Part shown: in pieces, positions 25,500 to 40,292 of the stretch
Layout: the number at the start of each line of letters is the position of its first letter
Numbering within the stretch: the first letter of the stretch is position 1
Position numbers and translations under genes: made by a program
Assembly: GCA_964016885.1 (NCBI GenBank)
Contig: OZ024740.1
Location: 71,548,001 to 71,612,000, forward strand
Length of the DNA stretch: 64,000 nucleotides
Source: Eledone cirrhosa
Taxonomy: Eukaryota
Direction: 5' to 3'
Notes under the pieces: model-generated
The model's input: the letters and a program-made list of their open reading frames with translations, nothing else
Databases searched by the model: none
What the model was told of the DNA's origin: nothing

Positions 25500-26110
25500 T
25501 CATCATCATCATTTTTTCCTAGTTTTTCTCTCACCTCATCTGTGCTTCATAATTCATGAATTTTGACGACACTTCCAGCAGAGCATGCTCAATTAATTTC
25601 TATCTACCCTTTACAGTCACACTACCATGCAGCATTGCACTACATATGCAGAGATCATTCTATCTATTCTTTGCTTGGAGAGAGAATTCCTTCATTACCA
25701 ATAGAGGTAGTAATTTCCTGAACAACATCTTTCCATGTTATTCTTATTTTAGCTACTACACATTTAGAGCAGCCTCCTCCACTGATAATTAAATCACCTT
25801 GGTAATAAAATCTGTCAACTATATCTATGGAACCTTCTCTGTTACCCTGCCTGCTATCCCACTAAACCTCTTGTGCACTCATATTTTATATTGAGTACAC
25901 CATACAGAAATCCTATCAACTTCTTTTCTGCATATCAAACACCTGATAGCAGCAGGGTCTTCTTTTCTTTCCTACTTACTAAAACTTTAGTCTTTGCTAA
26001 GTTTACTTTGAATCCTTTTGATTCTAGATTTTGTTTCCACAACTGGAATTTCTTCTCTAGGTCTTACAGAGATTCAGCTATAAGAAGTAGATCATCAGCA
26101 TACTGAAGTT
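25500..26110 (-). mobile_element. Degenerate RTE LINE fragment
   Basis: Minus strand …YADDLLLIAESL*DLEKKFQLWKQNLESKGFKVNLAKTKVLVSRKE, homologous to 15350-15490. Confidence 0.8.
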
Positions 26111-27399
26111 CCGATGAAGATCATCCTCACGATTTCATGACTGAAACTCCTTTTGGATGTGTTCAAATCATGAAAAGGAAACAAGGGAGAGAATTCCTAT
26201 TGTCTGAGCTGAACCAAAGTTTTTGAAACTCAAACCTGTCTTTCAACCAACTTGGTGAAAGTAATAGACATGGTTCAGTATTATTAGATATCCTCAGCAA
26301 AGCATATTGACTCAGCAAGTTGGTTAGACTAAAGAATGTGGTCAAAGATATAGGAAAGAGGAAAGAAAATATGCACTGATTATATGGAGCAGCAAAGGGT
26401 AGAGATGAGAGTGGTTGAAGGGAGTGCTGTCCTTGAAGTGTATGCATAAAAATATAGTCTCACAGTCTGAATATGATGAATGTAAGATTGAAACATGCTT
26501 ATAGCATTTACCAAGTTGGTTTATAGACAAGATCTACTACCACTGTATTGTCTTAAACTGATCCAAAAGACTTGGACCACCTCAGGCTATAGGCATTCTC
26601 CCTTTGATTGCTTCATATCACTTGAACCACCCTTAAATCTTAAATGGAATTTTGGTTTTAAAATTGTAAGGATAGTCACAGATATTTCAAGTTTTTCCCA
26701 ACTTACCATCATCATCATCACTGTCGTTTTAACATCTGCTTTCCCTGTTAACAAACTGTGGGAATATATTTCATTGCATACACTTCATGCAAAGAGTTCA
26801 CTCTCCTCACGTTTTTTTAGCAAACTGAAGAAAGCTGAGCAAAAGAGGGATCAGATGCAGTGTACAAAAGAGATGACTGCATTGGTATTGACATGTGATG
26901 TGCATAGAGAATAACAGCTCTGTAAAGGAGTACAGGGTTTTCAAAGTTATAGAAACCCGTGGAAGAGAAAGGCCTAGGAAAATTTGGGATGATGTCATGA
27001 AGGCAGGATCAAGTTAACTGGCCATTTACTGTATTACAGCAGTGGGATGAAATGAGTATGGGGAGGAGATTAGTGAAGAAGCAGAGAGGTGAGATAGCAT
27101 TTAGGTCCTCTCTGCCTATATGCTCCCCTCTCCTCCTGCCTCCCCTCACCTTAGTACCCCCCTCACATTCTTCTCTTCCCCTTCTATCTAAATTCACTAC
27201 CTTAGTCTTTTCCCCCTCACATAGTTGATCTCCCCTTCCTCATCTAAATCTTTATTTCTCCAATCCCTGTTCCTCAGCCAACCAATACCAGCATAAAAAG
27301 ATAGATGCTCCCAAATATGACATAATGAGTGCCCTAGTGCTGTAAAGTGGTAGTGATGATGTTTACCATAATTATAGGGTTTCTTTTTAGTTGTTGAAG

Positions 27400-28345
27400 T
27401 TTTATTTCCAATCCAAAGCCTGTGTAGGCTATGCATCTTGCTGATAAGATTCTGAACATCTGAGTTGCTTTTATCAAACCAATCCTAAGATATCTATGGA
27501 GGCTGCATAGGTGGCATCTTTGAGTGATTTCCAGGAAGCCTCAATGTCATCAGAAATCTAGATGGTGTCAAGGGATGAGTCAAGTTTTGCAGAAAGTTCC
27601 AGCTTCCAGTCAGTGGATCGCAAAGCAAACATTGATCTTTTGAAGACGCCTTTTTTTGGGAAAATTGAATGAAATCTTACTGTGCAGTAGTGCATGAAGA
27701 GTGAAAAGAATGAGTGATTTTGAAATCTTTTAGGTCACACCTGTGTGTGATGACAGTCAATCATGTGCCAATCCTTGGATCTCCGATGCATCCATGCTCT
27801 CTTATGGTTTGCAAGTTGTTAAAAAAAAGCTATTAGTGATGCTTAGATCAAATTCCACACAGAATAAAAGCAGCCTAAGCCAATTTGAGTTCATAGTTCC
27901 ATCTCCATTAAACCCAATAATGTCATGCCATGTATAATAGTCACTTCCAACTCTAGCATTGAAATCTCCCATTATGATGAACTTGTTCTTGTATGGAATA
28001 GTAGAGACCACTGTGTGAAGCTGATCATAGAATGTTACAATATCCTGCTAGTTGGGATGTAACAAATCACTAGTGTAACAGAGATGTTGTTTACTAGATC
28101 CAGAGAAAGATACATGATATGATCACTGACAATTTTGGTGAATGATGTTAGAGATCTAGCAATGTCAGATCTTATCATAAAATCAACACCAGATTAATGG
28201 CGGTCCTCTTCACTTCTTCCAGACCATTTAGGATGTGCCAGGGAATCGGGTTTCCCTTATCACACAGATATCTGTTGAGTGCATTGCAGATGAGGGCTGA
28301 TCTTTTCTCCACACAGGTTTTATTTTTTTATCCTGTAGGGTGTCC
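27400..28345 (-). mobile_element. Old RTE (BovB-like) AP-endonuclease fragment
   Basis: ORF 27802..28011 contains IIMGDFNARVGSD…NSNWLRLLLFCVEFDLSITNSFF; many stops and frameshifts. Confidence 0.75.
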
Positions 28346-28500
28346 CAAAATCGCCATCCTCATTAAGCAAGCTTAGTGATGTTGCCAGTTTAGTCACCAA
28401 TGACTTCACCATATGACAGAATGTACTGGGCTACATGTTACCCATAGCCCTCATGAGCGACTTGACATATATATATATATATATATATACTCACATAAAC

Positions 28501-28610
28501 ATATTTATTTTATATGGAAATAACTTCTACAGGACTAGAACTATTTAATTAATATGAAATCACCAGGACATTCCAGCCATGTAGAAGTCATTTCCATATA
28601 AAATAAATAT
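28501..28610. repeat. 31-bp inverted repeat (small fold-back)
   Basis: ATATTTATTTTATATGGAAATAACTTCTACA versus TGTAGAAGTCATTTCCATATAAAATAAATAT (one mismatch). Confidence 0.8.
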
Positions 28611-28933
28611 ACTCCTTCTCTCCTAATGTATTGAGTGCCTTGTTTAATCTTTTTTTTTCTGATCACTTTTGGAAAACCATCTTTAAGTGTCCAGCCCATA
28701 CTGTAAAGTGGTCATGTAGGTGTCACTACAAAAAGCACCCAGTACATACTGTAAATGTGGCCGGCAATAGGAAGGGCATCCAGCTGTAGAATCCAAGCTA
28801 AAATCAGTTCTGTATGAGCAAGACACGATCACCTGACCTGACTTGTCTCACAATGGAACAACTCATCTAACCCATGCTAGCATGGAAAAATGGATGTTAA
28901 AGGTTGATGATGATGATATATATTCTATTTTTT

Positions 28934-29132
28934 CTAAGGCGGGTAAAATTTCCGAGATCCATGGACGAGTTCTCTCCAGCGGTCTCTGTCCCTCATTATC
29001 GCTGCCATGTCCTGCGTCTCCAACAGACCAGTGTCTGTCCTTAGGGCATCAACATACGTTAACCTTGGTCTTCCTCTTCTAGTGTGTCCATGTAGGGGCT
29101 CCCAAAGGAGCACTGAGTCCAGAGTTGACATG
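28934..29132 (-). mobile_element. 3' fragment of a different RTE-group LINE
   Basis: …VLLWEPLHGHTRRGRPRLTYVDALRTDTGL…MRDRDRWRELV; truncated at a (TA)n tract. Confidence 0.8.
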
Positions 29133-29253
29133 ATATATATATATATATATATATATACATTGGAATACTGTCTGTTCTGATAACATATGCTCCAGTAGTT
29201 CAAATAATGGAACAGCCTGATCATGAAATTAATGTGAAAGTGACCGAGCATTC

Positions 29254-29292
<39 letters not shown>

Positions 29293-30050
29293 ATATATAC
29301 TTGAGTAATAGTCAATCTCATGTAAAAGTTAAGCTCTCCTAATTTTGTCAAAAGAATCTGGAATTTTCCATAGACCTTGTATAAAAGTTGACCCCAGTAT
29401 TTCATGAATAACACATCAACATTTGTAGGCCAAGGTATCATCCTGTATGTAGAAATAACATTGTTACAAAATTGTCATAAATTTAAGGCAAATTTATATT
29501 ATTGCAAATGCATATCTGAAATTAAAAATTTACATAAACGTGTGCCTACCTTGCTGTAGCCTGGCCTATACTTGGTGCTTATAGTAAAACACCATATAAT
29601 AGCGGGTACTACACATCTGTTGATGGGTGCTGCATCACCATTATTAAAATGTATGCACAAGATGTGCTGTAAGATTGCAACCATTATATTTTCTTCATTT
29701 CCAAACAATAAACATATGCACTTGTCTCATCGTCTGTTTACATAGTGTGAAACGTGTATCACAGACAGCTCTATTGGGGAACACTAGCAAATGCCACTGT
29801 CTAAATTCGTACAATGGCATGCCTTTGGTAAAACCTACTAGGACGTGTATTTTGATGCATAGAATTGGTAATATTACTGTAATTCATTGTTTTTGTTTTT
29901 ATTCATTTAGAGATAGTACTTTGAATTCTAGCACGAATTTCAAGTCCCTCAAATGTAATATCCATGAAATAATTGACCCTATAAATTTAACCTTAAAAAA
30001 TGGTCAAAAAAATTCAGCTTTAACACAAGTATATACGTTGTGTTCTGGAG

Positions 30051-30610
30051 AGGAGATTGCGTTGGTATGGACTTGTGATGCGTATGAAAGACGACAGCTG
30101 TATAAAAAAGTGCAGGGCAATGAAAATTGTTGGAAGCTATGGAGTGGATAGATCAAGAAAAACCTGGGACGAAGTGATAAAAACTGACCTTGCTCACTTA
30201 CACTTCTCTAAGACAATGGCACTGGATCGAGATCTTTGGCACCATGCAGTTGTACAGAAGACCTGACTGCCATTGCATACAAACCTACAGTCAGTAGGCA
30301 CCTTTTAATCCAATGTACACCCCACCCCACACACATTATCCCCCCTCCCCCCTTCTTGTTCCGTCCACTGTGTCGATAACACAACAGTCCACACTGTAAG
30401 GTGGTCGTGTAGGAGACATGGTAAAAAGGCTCCCAGTCCACACTGTAAAAGTGGTTGGTGTTAGGAAGGGCATCCAGCTGTAAAAAACCTGCCGGAGACA
30501 TTTCCGTACGAGTGAGACATGATCTTCCGACCATTCTCAAATCAAATGGAACAAAACCGTCTAACCCATGCTAGCATGGAAGATGGATGTTAAACGATGA
30601 TGATGATGAT
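30051..30610 (+). mobile_element. RTE LINE 3' end (C-terminus, 3' UTR, (GAT)n tail)
   Basis: RRLRWYGLVMRMKDDSCIKKCRA…; homologous to 36115-36745. Confidence 0.9.
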
Positions 30611-30619
30611 ATATATATT

Positions 30620-30785
30620 TATGTCTTTACTGGACCTTTTTTCTATTTCTCCATTGTGATCCTGTCTCTATTTTGTACTCCTGAAGAAGGGCTTAAGTCC
30701 GACACATCAAATTTTCTTTCCTCTTTCCAATATAAAGCATGAAATTAATAAGACTTTTGTACCACTTTTTGTTGTCTCCTTGAAC
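30620..30785 (+). mobile_element. Degenerate Penelope 3' end with decayed hammerhead motif
   Basis: CTGAAGAAGGGCTTAAGTCCGACAC and G(C)ATGAAATTAATAA match 40098-40170. Confidence 0.65.
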
Positions 30786-30804
30786 TATATATACATATAT
30801 ATAT

Positions 30805-30991
30805 CATCATCATCATCATCATCATCATCAACGTTTAACGTCCGTGTTCCACGCTTGCATGGGTTTGGACGGGGGTAGTCCCACTTGAGGCAAGAGTGAT
30901 TGTCTTGCTCGCATAGGACTATATATATATATATATATAAACCATGCTAACGTGGAATATGGACGTTAAACGATGATGATGATGATGATGA
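30805..30991. mobile_element. Two oppositely oriented RTE 3'-tail fragments separated by (TA)n
   Basis: 30805-30920 (minus) is near-identical to 42060-42170; 30940-30991 (plus) is the ACCATGCTAACGTGGAATATGGACGTTAAACG(ATG)n tail. Confidence 0.8.
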
Positions 30992-31309
30992 TATATATAT
31001 ATGTATATACATAATGAAAAGCTAAATTGTGTCTGAGTATGGCCACTTCTTAGAACAAAAAAAAAACATTGGAAAAAAAGTGTTATTGATGACTCATCAA
31101 ATCAGGAAGTGACTTACATGTCATACGACACCATGTGTAGTAAAGTTTTCCACTTGCTTGAGTTTGATTATTGTGGCATGCTTTGTGCTGCTGTATTAGC
31201 CCAACAGCAGAGTGACACACTTAGGTACAGATATCACATGCAAATCAAAGTGTATGATGTACTCAAAGGTGCTATTTTCATGAATATGATATTTGTTATG
31301 GCTTAGTAG

Positions 31310-33760
31310 CCCAGCCGTTAACATACATACATGCCCGCATTCTTCACAAGTAAGAGTCTCTTTTGAACCCTGTTCTAGGAGTGGACTAACATCCTCCATA
31401 TATTTAGCTGCTTGCTTCATTTCAGCATAGGCCTTCTGCTTCTTTTCAAATTCCTTAACTCTAGTAGCAATCAGATTTTGCCACTGGGCTCTGTCTGTTG
31501 CAAGATTTTTCCATGATTTGGTGTTGATGGTTGACCTTCTTCAGGGTATCTTTCAGGCAGTCATTAAAGCACTTGTGTCTCAATACTTGGTAGACAGGCC
31601 TGCTGTAGTATATCACTGTCTGGTGTATGAGACCTCCATGAGATCTTGAAGATGGAGCATAAGCATTGTTAGTGGAAATGTTCGAGGTGCTCAATATGTT
31701 ATCTTTGTCTTAAATCTATACAGTATGGCTGTAAGCACACATGCTTGATACACTTTAATTTTCGTGCACACACTGATATCTGATGGTGACCACAGGTGCT
31801 TCTCCAGTTTACCAAAAGCATTGGATGCTTTAGACAGCTGGTAGAGAGTACTACCCAGGTCAACAAACTTATCCACAACCTTCAATATTTTCCCTTTGAC
31901 AGATATGGAAGATGGAATATATGACTTTCTGGGTGCATGCTGGTACATCACCACTGATTGTCAACCCAAACTCATGACATGCTGCCGAGAAGCAATCCAT
32001 CAGAAGTTGAAGGTCTTCCATGTGACTAACAAGTTCGTAGTTGCCTGCATGTATCAGTGCAATATATTCTTTTGCTGCTTCAGTAAATATTACAGATGTA
32101 ACTCTTATATCCAACAGTCTTCACTGCCACCATGAATCCTTTTAGCTAATTACCTGTTAACCTAAATATAATAGTAGATGAGATACTAGCTCTCTATAGA
32201 ACTCCCTGCCTAACAAGGCTAAGCTATTAACTAGAACAGAGACAACTCCATATACCCAGTGGTTTTACTGCTATGAACTGCCTGATAACTAACCATCCCA
32301 CTGGTATCAAGCCTGACATGTGACCTATGAACAATGAAATAAAGACTGATGCAGGGTGTGAGGCTGATACATAACGGAGGGTTGGGGACAAGACAACCTC
32401 TCTTGCCAATGAACAAACAGAGACAACATAGGGTAGGGAGGACTCTTTAGATTTGCTGGGAACAAAACAACCTCTTTAGTGCTGTTGCCATGATAAAATA
32501 CACTCAGTATACTCTGTAAAGTGGTTGGTTTATAGAAAAGGCATCCAGCAATAGAAACCATGACAAGAATGGAAAGTACTAGCGTGCTAAAGGTTAAGGT
32601 GGATTAAGCAAACTTTGGCTGCTATTTCTAGCAAGTGGCAGATTGGAATATAATTTAAAAAATTATTCATCAGACATAAAAGTATAATGAACCCCTTACC
32701 TACTGAAATAGGTTTATCATTCATGTAATACTAGATCTTAGCTGAAAATTAATTTAAATACAGAACACTCAGGTTACTAACACAAGATCTAGGCTAATCA
32801 CAGATAGTTTGGTATCAAAACGGTAATTTGTTTCACATAGTTAACTCTTAACATCCTGTAATGATTTAGGAGAAAATGTTTGAAAATGGGTTTGTTAATT
32901 CAAATATTTATAGTATATTTACTAGTGGACAGATTGCTGTAAAAATTTACAATATTGGAGTAAAGATTTGTAATTTGATGCTGTCAAGGTGTTGTTTTAT
33001 ACTTCCTGTTATTTAATAACAGCACTGGTGTTGGTGAATGCTTGTAATGAAACGCAAAGATGATCAAACAAAGTCAGAGTGAGCAGGTCACTCTGTTTTA
33101 CACCTGTCTCAACTGAGAAAGGTTCTAGGAGCTCACCATTGATGTAAACCCACACTCTCATATTATCATGCAATGAACGTATAAGCCCTGTAAACTTCTC
33201 AGGCCAACCCAGCTTCAGAGTATACTCCAATGGGCTTGCCTATTGATTGTGTCAAAGGCCTTCATGAAATCAATAAAGCATTTGTACAGATCAGGTTGTT
33301 GCTCCTTACACTGCTCTTGCATCTGCAGAGCTCTGATATGGACAGAAATCACACTAACATTTTGACAGAATATTAGGTGCAACATGCATCAGCAGACAAT
33401 TAAGAAGAGGCTTGGCAAAGATTTATTTTACCAACAACTGATAGTAAAGAGATCCAATCAGGAAAAGTCCATTGCTATTAAACTTTTCCATTCCATGAGG
33501 ACCTATGCTGCTCCACGTAGTAGAATCACATCCAACATGAGCATTCAAATCACCCAACACTAGAAGTTTGTCACCTCTATTTACATTTTTCAAGACTATT
33601 TGCAAATCTGTGTAAAATTTATCTATTTCTTCTTGGGGACTGACCAAAGTTATAAAACGGTTAAAGTGGAGCAGCAACCTAAATGTCATGATCTGATCAG
33701 AGATACTATGTGGAAGCTCCATTAGATGTTGCACCATGGAGGTTCTTAGATCAAAACCTA
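31310..33760 (-). mobile_element. Old fragmented RTE (BovB-like) LINE with C-terminal C2H2 finger, interrupted at about 32130-33020
   Basis: APE LVLGDLNAHVG (33423..33737); FIDFMKAFDTINR near 33240-33280; GVKQSDLL; KASNAFGKL…TKIKVYQACVL; terminal CEECGHVCMLTAGLLSHNKYH. Confidence 0.75.
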
Positions 33761-33984
33761 TTTACTTAGGGAAAAATCATCATCATTTAATGTCTGCTTT
33801 TCTTGCTAGCAAGGGTTGGATGGGTCTACATAGACCGAGTCAATACTGAAGTGGGGCTACTGACCTCCCAGGCAGGCCAAGAGGTTGTATCCCGCTTATG
33901 TATGGTCATATCAATACATCTCTTTTCTCCAGTCCATGCATACAAGCATGGAAAGCTGGACATGCTTCCCCGCAATGCTGCTGA

Positions 33985-34503
33985 AATGTAAAAAGCTCCC
34001 AGTTCACAGTGTAAGGTAGTCATACTGGTGACATAACAAAACCCCTCACAATGTAAGGTGCTCATGGTAGTGAAAGAGTACCCAACCTACCCTGTAAGGG
34101 AATCGTGTTGAGGACATAAGAAAAAACACCCAGCCCACCTTGTAAAGTGATTGTGTTGGGAATCACAACAAAAAGTGCCTAGTCACCCTGTAAAGTGGTC
34201 ATGATGATGGTGACACGACAAAAAGCACCCAGTCCCCCCTGTAAAGTTGTGTTAGTGAAATGACAAAAAGCACCTAGTCCAACCTGTCAGCTGGTCAATT
34301 TGGTGCCATGATAAAAAAACACCCAGTTCATGCTGTAAATCTAGTTGACCTTAGGACAGGCATCCAGCTGTAGAAACCAAGCCAGAAATGGTTCTCCATG
34401 AGCAAGTCACAGGCATCTGATCGAACTTGTCTCACAATGGCACAACTCATCTAACTCATGCTAATGTGGAAAAATGGATGTTAAACGATAATGATGATAA
34501 TGA
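33985..34503 (+). repeat. RTE-type 3' tail with about 9-10 tandem ~37-bp units
   Basis: Repeated AAAAGCACCCAGT…CTGTAAAGTGG units followed by the GGCATCCAGCTGTAGAAA…GGATGTTAAACGATAATGAT tail. Confidence 0.7.
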
Positions 34504-34510
34504 TATATAT

Positions 34511-34542
<32 letters not shown>

Positions 34543-34579
34543 GTATATATATATGTATATATATATGTATATATATATG

Positions 34580-34627
<48 letters not shown>

Positions 34628-34629
<2 letters not shown>

Positions 34630-36742
34630 TTAAATGAGGAGAATAAATGGGAAAAAGATAGTCTGCCCCAAATCGATTCAATAGAACAATAGAAGGACCA
34701 GCGGTGCAAGTTAAAGGTAGTATTATAATAAGTAAGGCAATCAAAGATATGAAGACAGGCAAGGCAGCTGGGCCTTCGGAGATAGTTGCTGAGATGCTGA
34801 AGGCATCTGGTATGGTGGGACACTATGGTCACCCGTATAGTGAACCAAATAATACAGAATGGGGTCATACCGAAAGACTGGCGTGGCAGCATCATCATTA
34901 ACTGCTACAAAGGTAAAGGGGATGCTCTAGATAGGGGAAACAATAGAGGCATTAAGTTAGTTGACCAGGTCATGAATCTCACAGAAAGAGTTATAGCGCA
35001 ACTAATCAGAGAGCGAATTGATCTAGATGAAATGCAGTTCGGGCTTGTGTCAGGTAAAAGTACCACAGACACTCTTTTCCTTGTATGACAACTACAAGAG
35101 AAGTACCTAGCTAAAAGTAAACCCCTCTACTTAGCTTTTGTAGACCTGGAGAAAGCCTTTGACAGAGTCCCCTGCTCCATTATCTAGTGGGCTCTTAGAA
35201 AACTAGGTGTAGATGAATGGCTTGTGAGAGCTATACAAGCTATGTATAATGAAACAGTCAGTAAGGTTAGAATTAACAACGAATATTGTGAAGAATTTAG
35301 TGTAAAAGTTGGTGTTCATCAAGGCTCTGTCCTTAGCCCCCTCCGATTTATTATTGCCCTTCAGGCTATAACAGAGGAGTTCAAGACTGGCTTCCCATGG
35401 AAACTCCTATACGCAGATGATCTAACGCTCATAGCTGAATCAATGGCTGAACTAGAGAAGAAATTCCAAACATGGAAGCATGGCCTAAAATCAAAAAGCC
35501 TTAAAGTTAACTTGTCTAAGACTAAAGTTCTAGTTTGTAGAAAGGAAAATAGGGCACAGGTGCCCTCAGGGAAATGGCCATGCTCAGTGTGTAGGAAAAG
35601 AGTAGGCAGAAATTCCATTTTATGTCCCAAATGCAAAGTATGGGTACATAAAAGGTGTAGTGGGATCACAGGTAAACTATCTAAGAACGTAGACTTTATA
35701 TGTGGCCAATGCTCAGGTGCAATAAGTAGCAAGTGTCCACAGGATACTAGCTCCTTCTATTGCCCAGATGCTTCTATAGAAATAGTGGACACTTTCCGTT
35801 ACCTGGGTGACGAAATCAGCAGTGGTGGAGGGTGTTCTGAAAGTACAGTAGCCAGAGTCAGAACGGGATGGAAAAAGTTCAGAGAGCTTATACCACTGTT
35901 GGCCACAAAAGGTTTCTCTCTAAAAATGAAAGGCAGATTGTATGATGCCTGTATACGAACAGCAATGCTACATGGCAGTGAGACATGGGCATCACGTGCA
36001 GAGGACCTGCACAGACTGGAAAGGAACGAAGCATGCATGCTCCATTGGATGTGTAATAGTAATATACGTGAATGGCAAAGCATAAATGAAGGGATCAGAT
36101 GCTGTTTACTTGAGAGAAGACTACGTTGGTATGGTCATGTGATGCGCATGAAAGACGACAGTTGCATAAAAAAGTGCAGAGCGATCAAAATTGATGGTAG
36201 TTACGGAGTAGGTAGACCCAGAAAAACCTGGGACGATCTGATAAATTCCGACCTTACACACTTGCACCTCTCTAAGACAATGTCACTGGACCAAGATCTT
36301 TGGCGCTACGCAGTAATACAGAAGACCCGCCTTGCCTATGTACAAAGCGAAACCTACAGTCAGTAGGCACTTCTCAACCAAATATACACCCCAATCCACT
36401 ACCCCTACCCTATCCTCCCACTCCCCACCAACACCACCCTCTCTCTGTAAAGTTGGTACCCCAACATCCAGTCCAAATAAATGAGATAATGAGATCGACA
36501 AAAAAAAACACACAGTCCACGCTGTAATGTGGCCGTGTAGGTAACACGGTAAAAAGTTCCCAATTCCACACTGTAAATGTGGTTGGTGTTAGGAAGGGCA
36601 TCCAGCCGTAGAAAACCTGCCAGATAGTCCTATAAGAGCGAGACACGGTCACCCGACCAACCTTGCCTCAAGTGGGACAACTCCCATCTAACCCATGCTA
36701 GCATGGAAGATGGACGTTAAACGATGATGATGATGATGATGA

Positions 36743-36745
<3 letters not shown>
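34628..36745 (+). mobile_element. RTE-clade LINE, 5'-truncated, inactivated
   Basis: ORFs 34704..34901, 34825..35088 and 35224..36366 are one broken RT frame (LLYADD, FRYLG); it has stops, a deletion of LRKKLEIR, and a (GAT)n tail; flanked by (TA)n. Confidence 0.95.
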
Positions 36746-37562
<817 letters not shown>

Positions 37563-40217
37563 GGCCCAAACTATGCCAACCTTTTTGTTGGCCATGTTGA
37601 GGCCCAAATCTTTGCCCAGTACACCGGCCCCACGACCCTCACCCGAGAACAGCTCGACTCCTTTCTCTCCTTCTTCTGCTCCCTCCACCCCTCCCTCCAC
37701 TTCACCACCTCTATCTCCACCACCCACGTCCACTTCTTAGACATCTCCCACCACTCCCTCGTCACCTCCGCCTTCTTCAAACCCACTGACTCCCACTCCT
37801 ACCTCGACTTCACCTCTTCCCACCCCACACACACTAAACACTCTATTCCCTACTCCCAACTCCTCAGGATCCGCCGCCTCTGTAGCCGAGATGCCGACTT
37901 CGAGTCCCAGGCCCTTTCCCTAGTCAGCCATTTCATCCGCAGAGGTGAGCCCCCCTCTCTCATCCACACCGCTCTCACCCGCGCCCGTGCTGTCCACCGC
38001 TCCACCACCCTCACCCCACGCCACCGCACACCAACCCACCGTCTCCCCTTCCCCATCACCTACCACCCCTCCACCATACCCCTCCACCGCACCATCCTCC
38101 GCCTCTTCCGACGCCTCCAGTCCGACCCCTCCACCTCCCACATATTCCCAGCCCCACCATTCCCCTCCTTCAAACGCGCACGCAATCTCCGCACCCTCCT
38201 CGTCCACAGCTCCCTACTCCCCAACCCACGCTCTCTTTCCCCCTCCCGGTTCCTTTCCCTGTTCTAGGCCCCGCTGCAACACCTGTCCCCACATCACCAA
38301 CACCACCACCTTCCAGGGTCCCAATGGCCACTCTCTCTCTGTCCGGCATGCCTTCCGCTGCACCTCCTCCAACCTAGTCTACGGACTTCACTGCACGGAG
38401 TGCAGCGCGACTTACGTCGGACAGACTGGACGTCGCCTGGCGGACAGATTTACTGAGCACCTCCGGGATATTCGTCTCGGTGGTAGTTCCCCCATTGCCC
38501 GCCACTCTGGTGCCCCTGAACATTCCGCACGCCATCTCACAGTCTGTGGCCTACTCCAATGCCACGGAACACCCGCCAATCTCCTAAGAGTTGAACAACG
38601 AACCATCTTCATCTTACAGACCCACACTCCCCCCGGCCTGAACTCCCCACCCTTATTCCTTTAGCCTTCGACCCCCCCCCCCCCCCCCACACACACACAC
38701 ATATCCCCCACTAACACCACTAACACACCCCTCCTTTTCACCGCCCACCCCACAACTAACAATACTAACACCTCCACTCCACCCCACATCCGACCACCCT
38801 TCCCCAACTAACATACTAACATCCCTCCCTTCTTCTCCTCCCCCCTCCTTATCACACGCACACACCCACCGGCACATATATACACGCGCTCACACTAAAC
38901 ACACACCCTACTACCACCACTAACCCTCACCCTCACACATCCACCCCCACCACCCCGCAACTAACATCACTCACACCCCCTGACCCCAAGCACACGAACA
39001 CACACACCCACTTACATCACCCACCCTACACGCAACTAACATCACTAACACCCCCCAACCCTACGCACACGTACACACACACCCTCTTACACCACCCACT
39101 CTACACACCCTACCACCACTGACCCCCACTCACACCCGCATTCAACCCTTTCTCCACCTCCTGTACACTAACACCAAACACACACACCAGTACACCACAC
39201 TCCCTCCATCGACCCCCACACCCTTCTCTCCCCGCTCCACCCACACCCTTTCTCAAACACTCACTCATCCCACTAACACCTCTACTAATACACCCCCCTC
39301 CTCACTCCAACTTTCACACCTACCCTACTGCTGCTATGCCCTCTGACCACCTCCCCGCACACACAGACACACAACACACACTCACCATTTTACCCTACTG
39401 CTGCTATGCCCTCTGACCACAGACACACCACACTCCTCCTGCCTTGACCACTTCCTGTTGCGCGTGCACCCCACATCTCCCCTCTTCCGACCAATCTCTT
39501 CACGGATTACACGTATGTGAACCTTGATCCCGGAATCAACCACAATCAAGGATTTTACCAAGCATCCCACCACATCTTCTTACGGAATCACCTTTATGAC
39601 TCACCCACACACACACCCAAAAAACATTTTTTTCCCACACGCCACCTACACCCACAACACGCTTAAACACCACACACACACGTGCGTACCACCACATATT
39701 TACACATTCAGCCTCCCGATTCCTCTCCCCCCCACCCCTCTATCCACACACGCACACACACTCTGACCTACACTCCACCCACACACACCTCTTCCTGAAC
39801 ATGCAACCCCGTTCTTCCCCCAACCCTCGCTTTCACATACACACACACACACACACACGTACACCTACACACACACACCACCTTCAGCCCTCCCCGCTTC
39901 CCTCTCCCCCACTCCACCCGACACCACCCCTACACGCGCCACACCCTTCAACCACCTGTTTTACCCCATTTTAATTTTATTTTGATCATGCCTTTATTTT
40001 TAATTTCATTTGCACCGTTTCCTCTCACCCCCTTTTTGCTATATGTCTCCCCCCCCCCCTACACACCCTTTGAACTCTCTTCCCACACACTTTTCACCTG
40101 AAGAAGGGCTTATGCCCGAAACGTCGTTCCCCACCACCACCCCACTCTCAAGAGCGTGAAATTAATAAACATTTGTTGTACTGCCTCTCTGTTTTGTTCC
40201 CGTTCAAGTTTTCATTA
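37563..40217 (+). mobile_element. Penelope-like element (Neptune-type), 5'-truncated and defective
   Basis: [30 protein letters not shown] and [12 protein letters not shown] (PLE RT/thumb); CSRPRCNTC linker; GIY-YIG as LVYGLHC…YVGQTGRRLADRFTEH…GLN; long C/A-rich 3' region ending in a hammerhead motif and AATAAA; (TA)n on both sides. Confidence 0.93.
40098..40125 (+). ncRNA. Minimal hammerhead ribozyme motif of the Penelope element
   Basis: CTGAAGA-A-GGGC-TTAT-GCCC-GAAA-C-GTC; helix III is essentially absent as in PLE minimal hammerheads, and helix I pairing is weak. Confidence 0.7.
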
Positions 40218-40292
40218 TATATATATATATGTATATATAGGAGAGACGTAAAATAAGAAAATTATAAAATTAACTTACTTACTAAAATTTCA

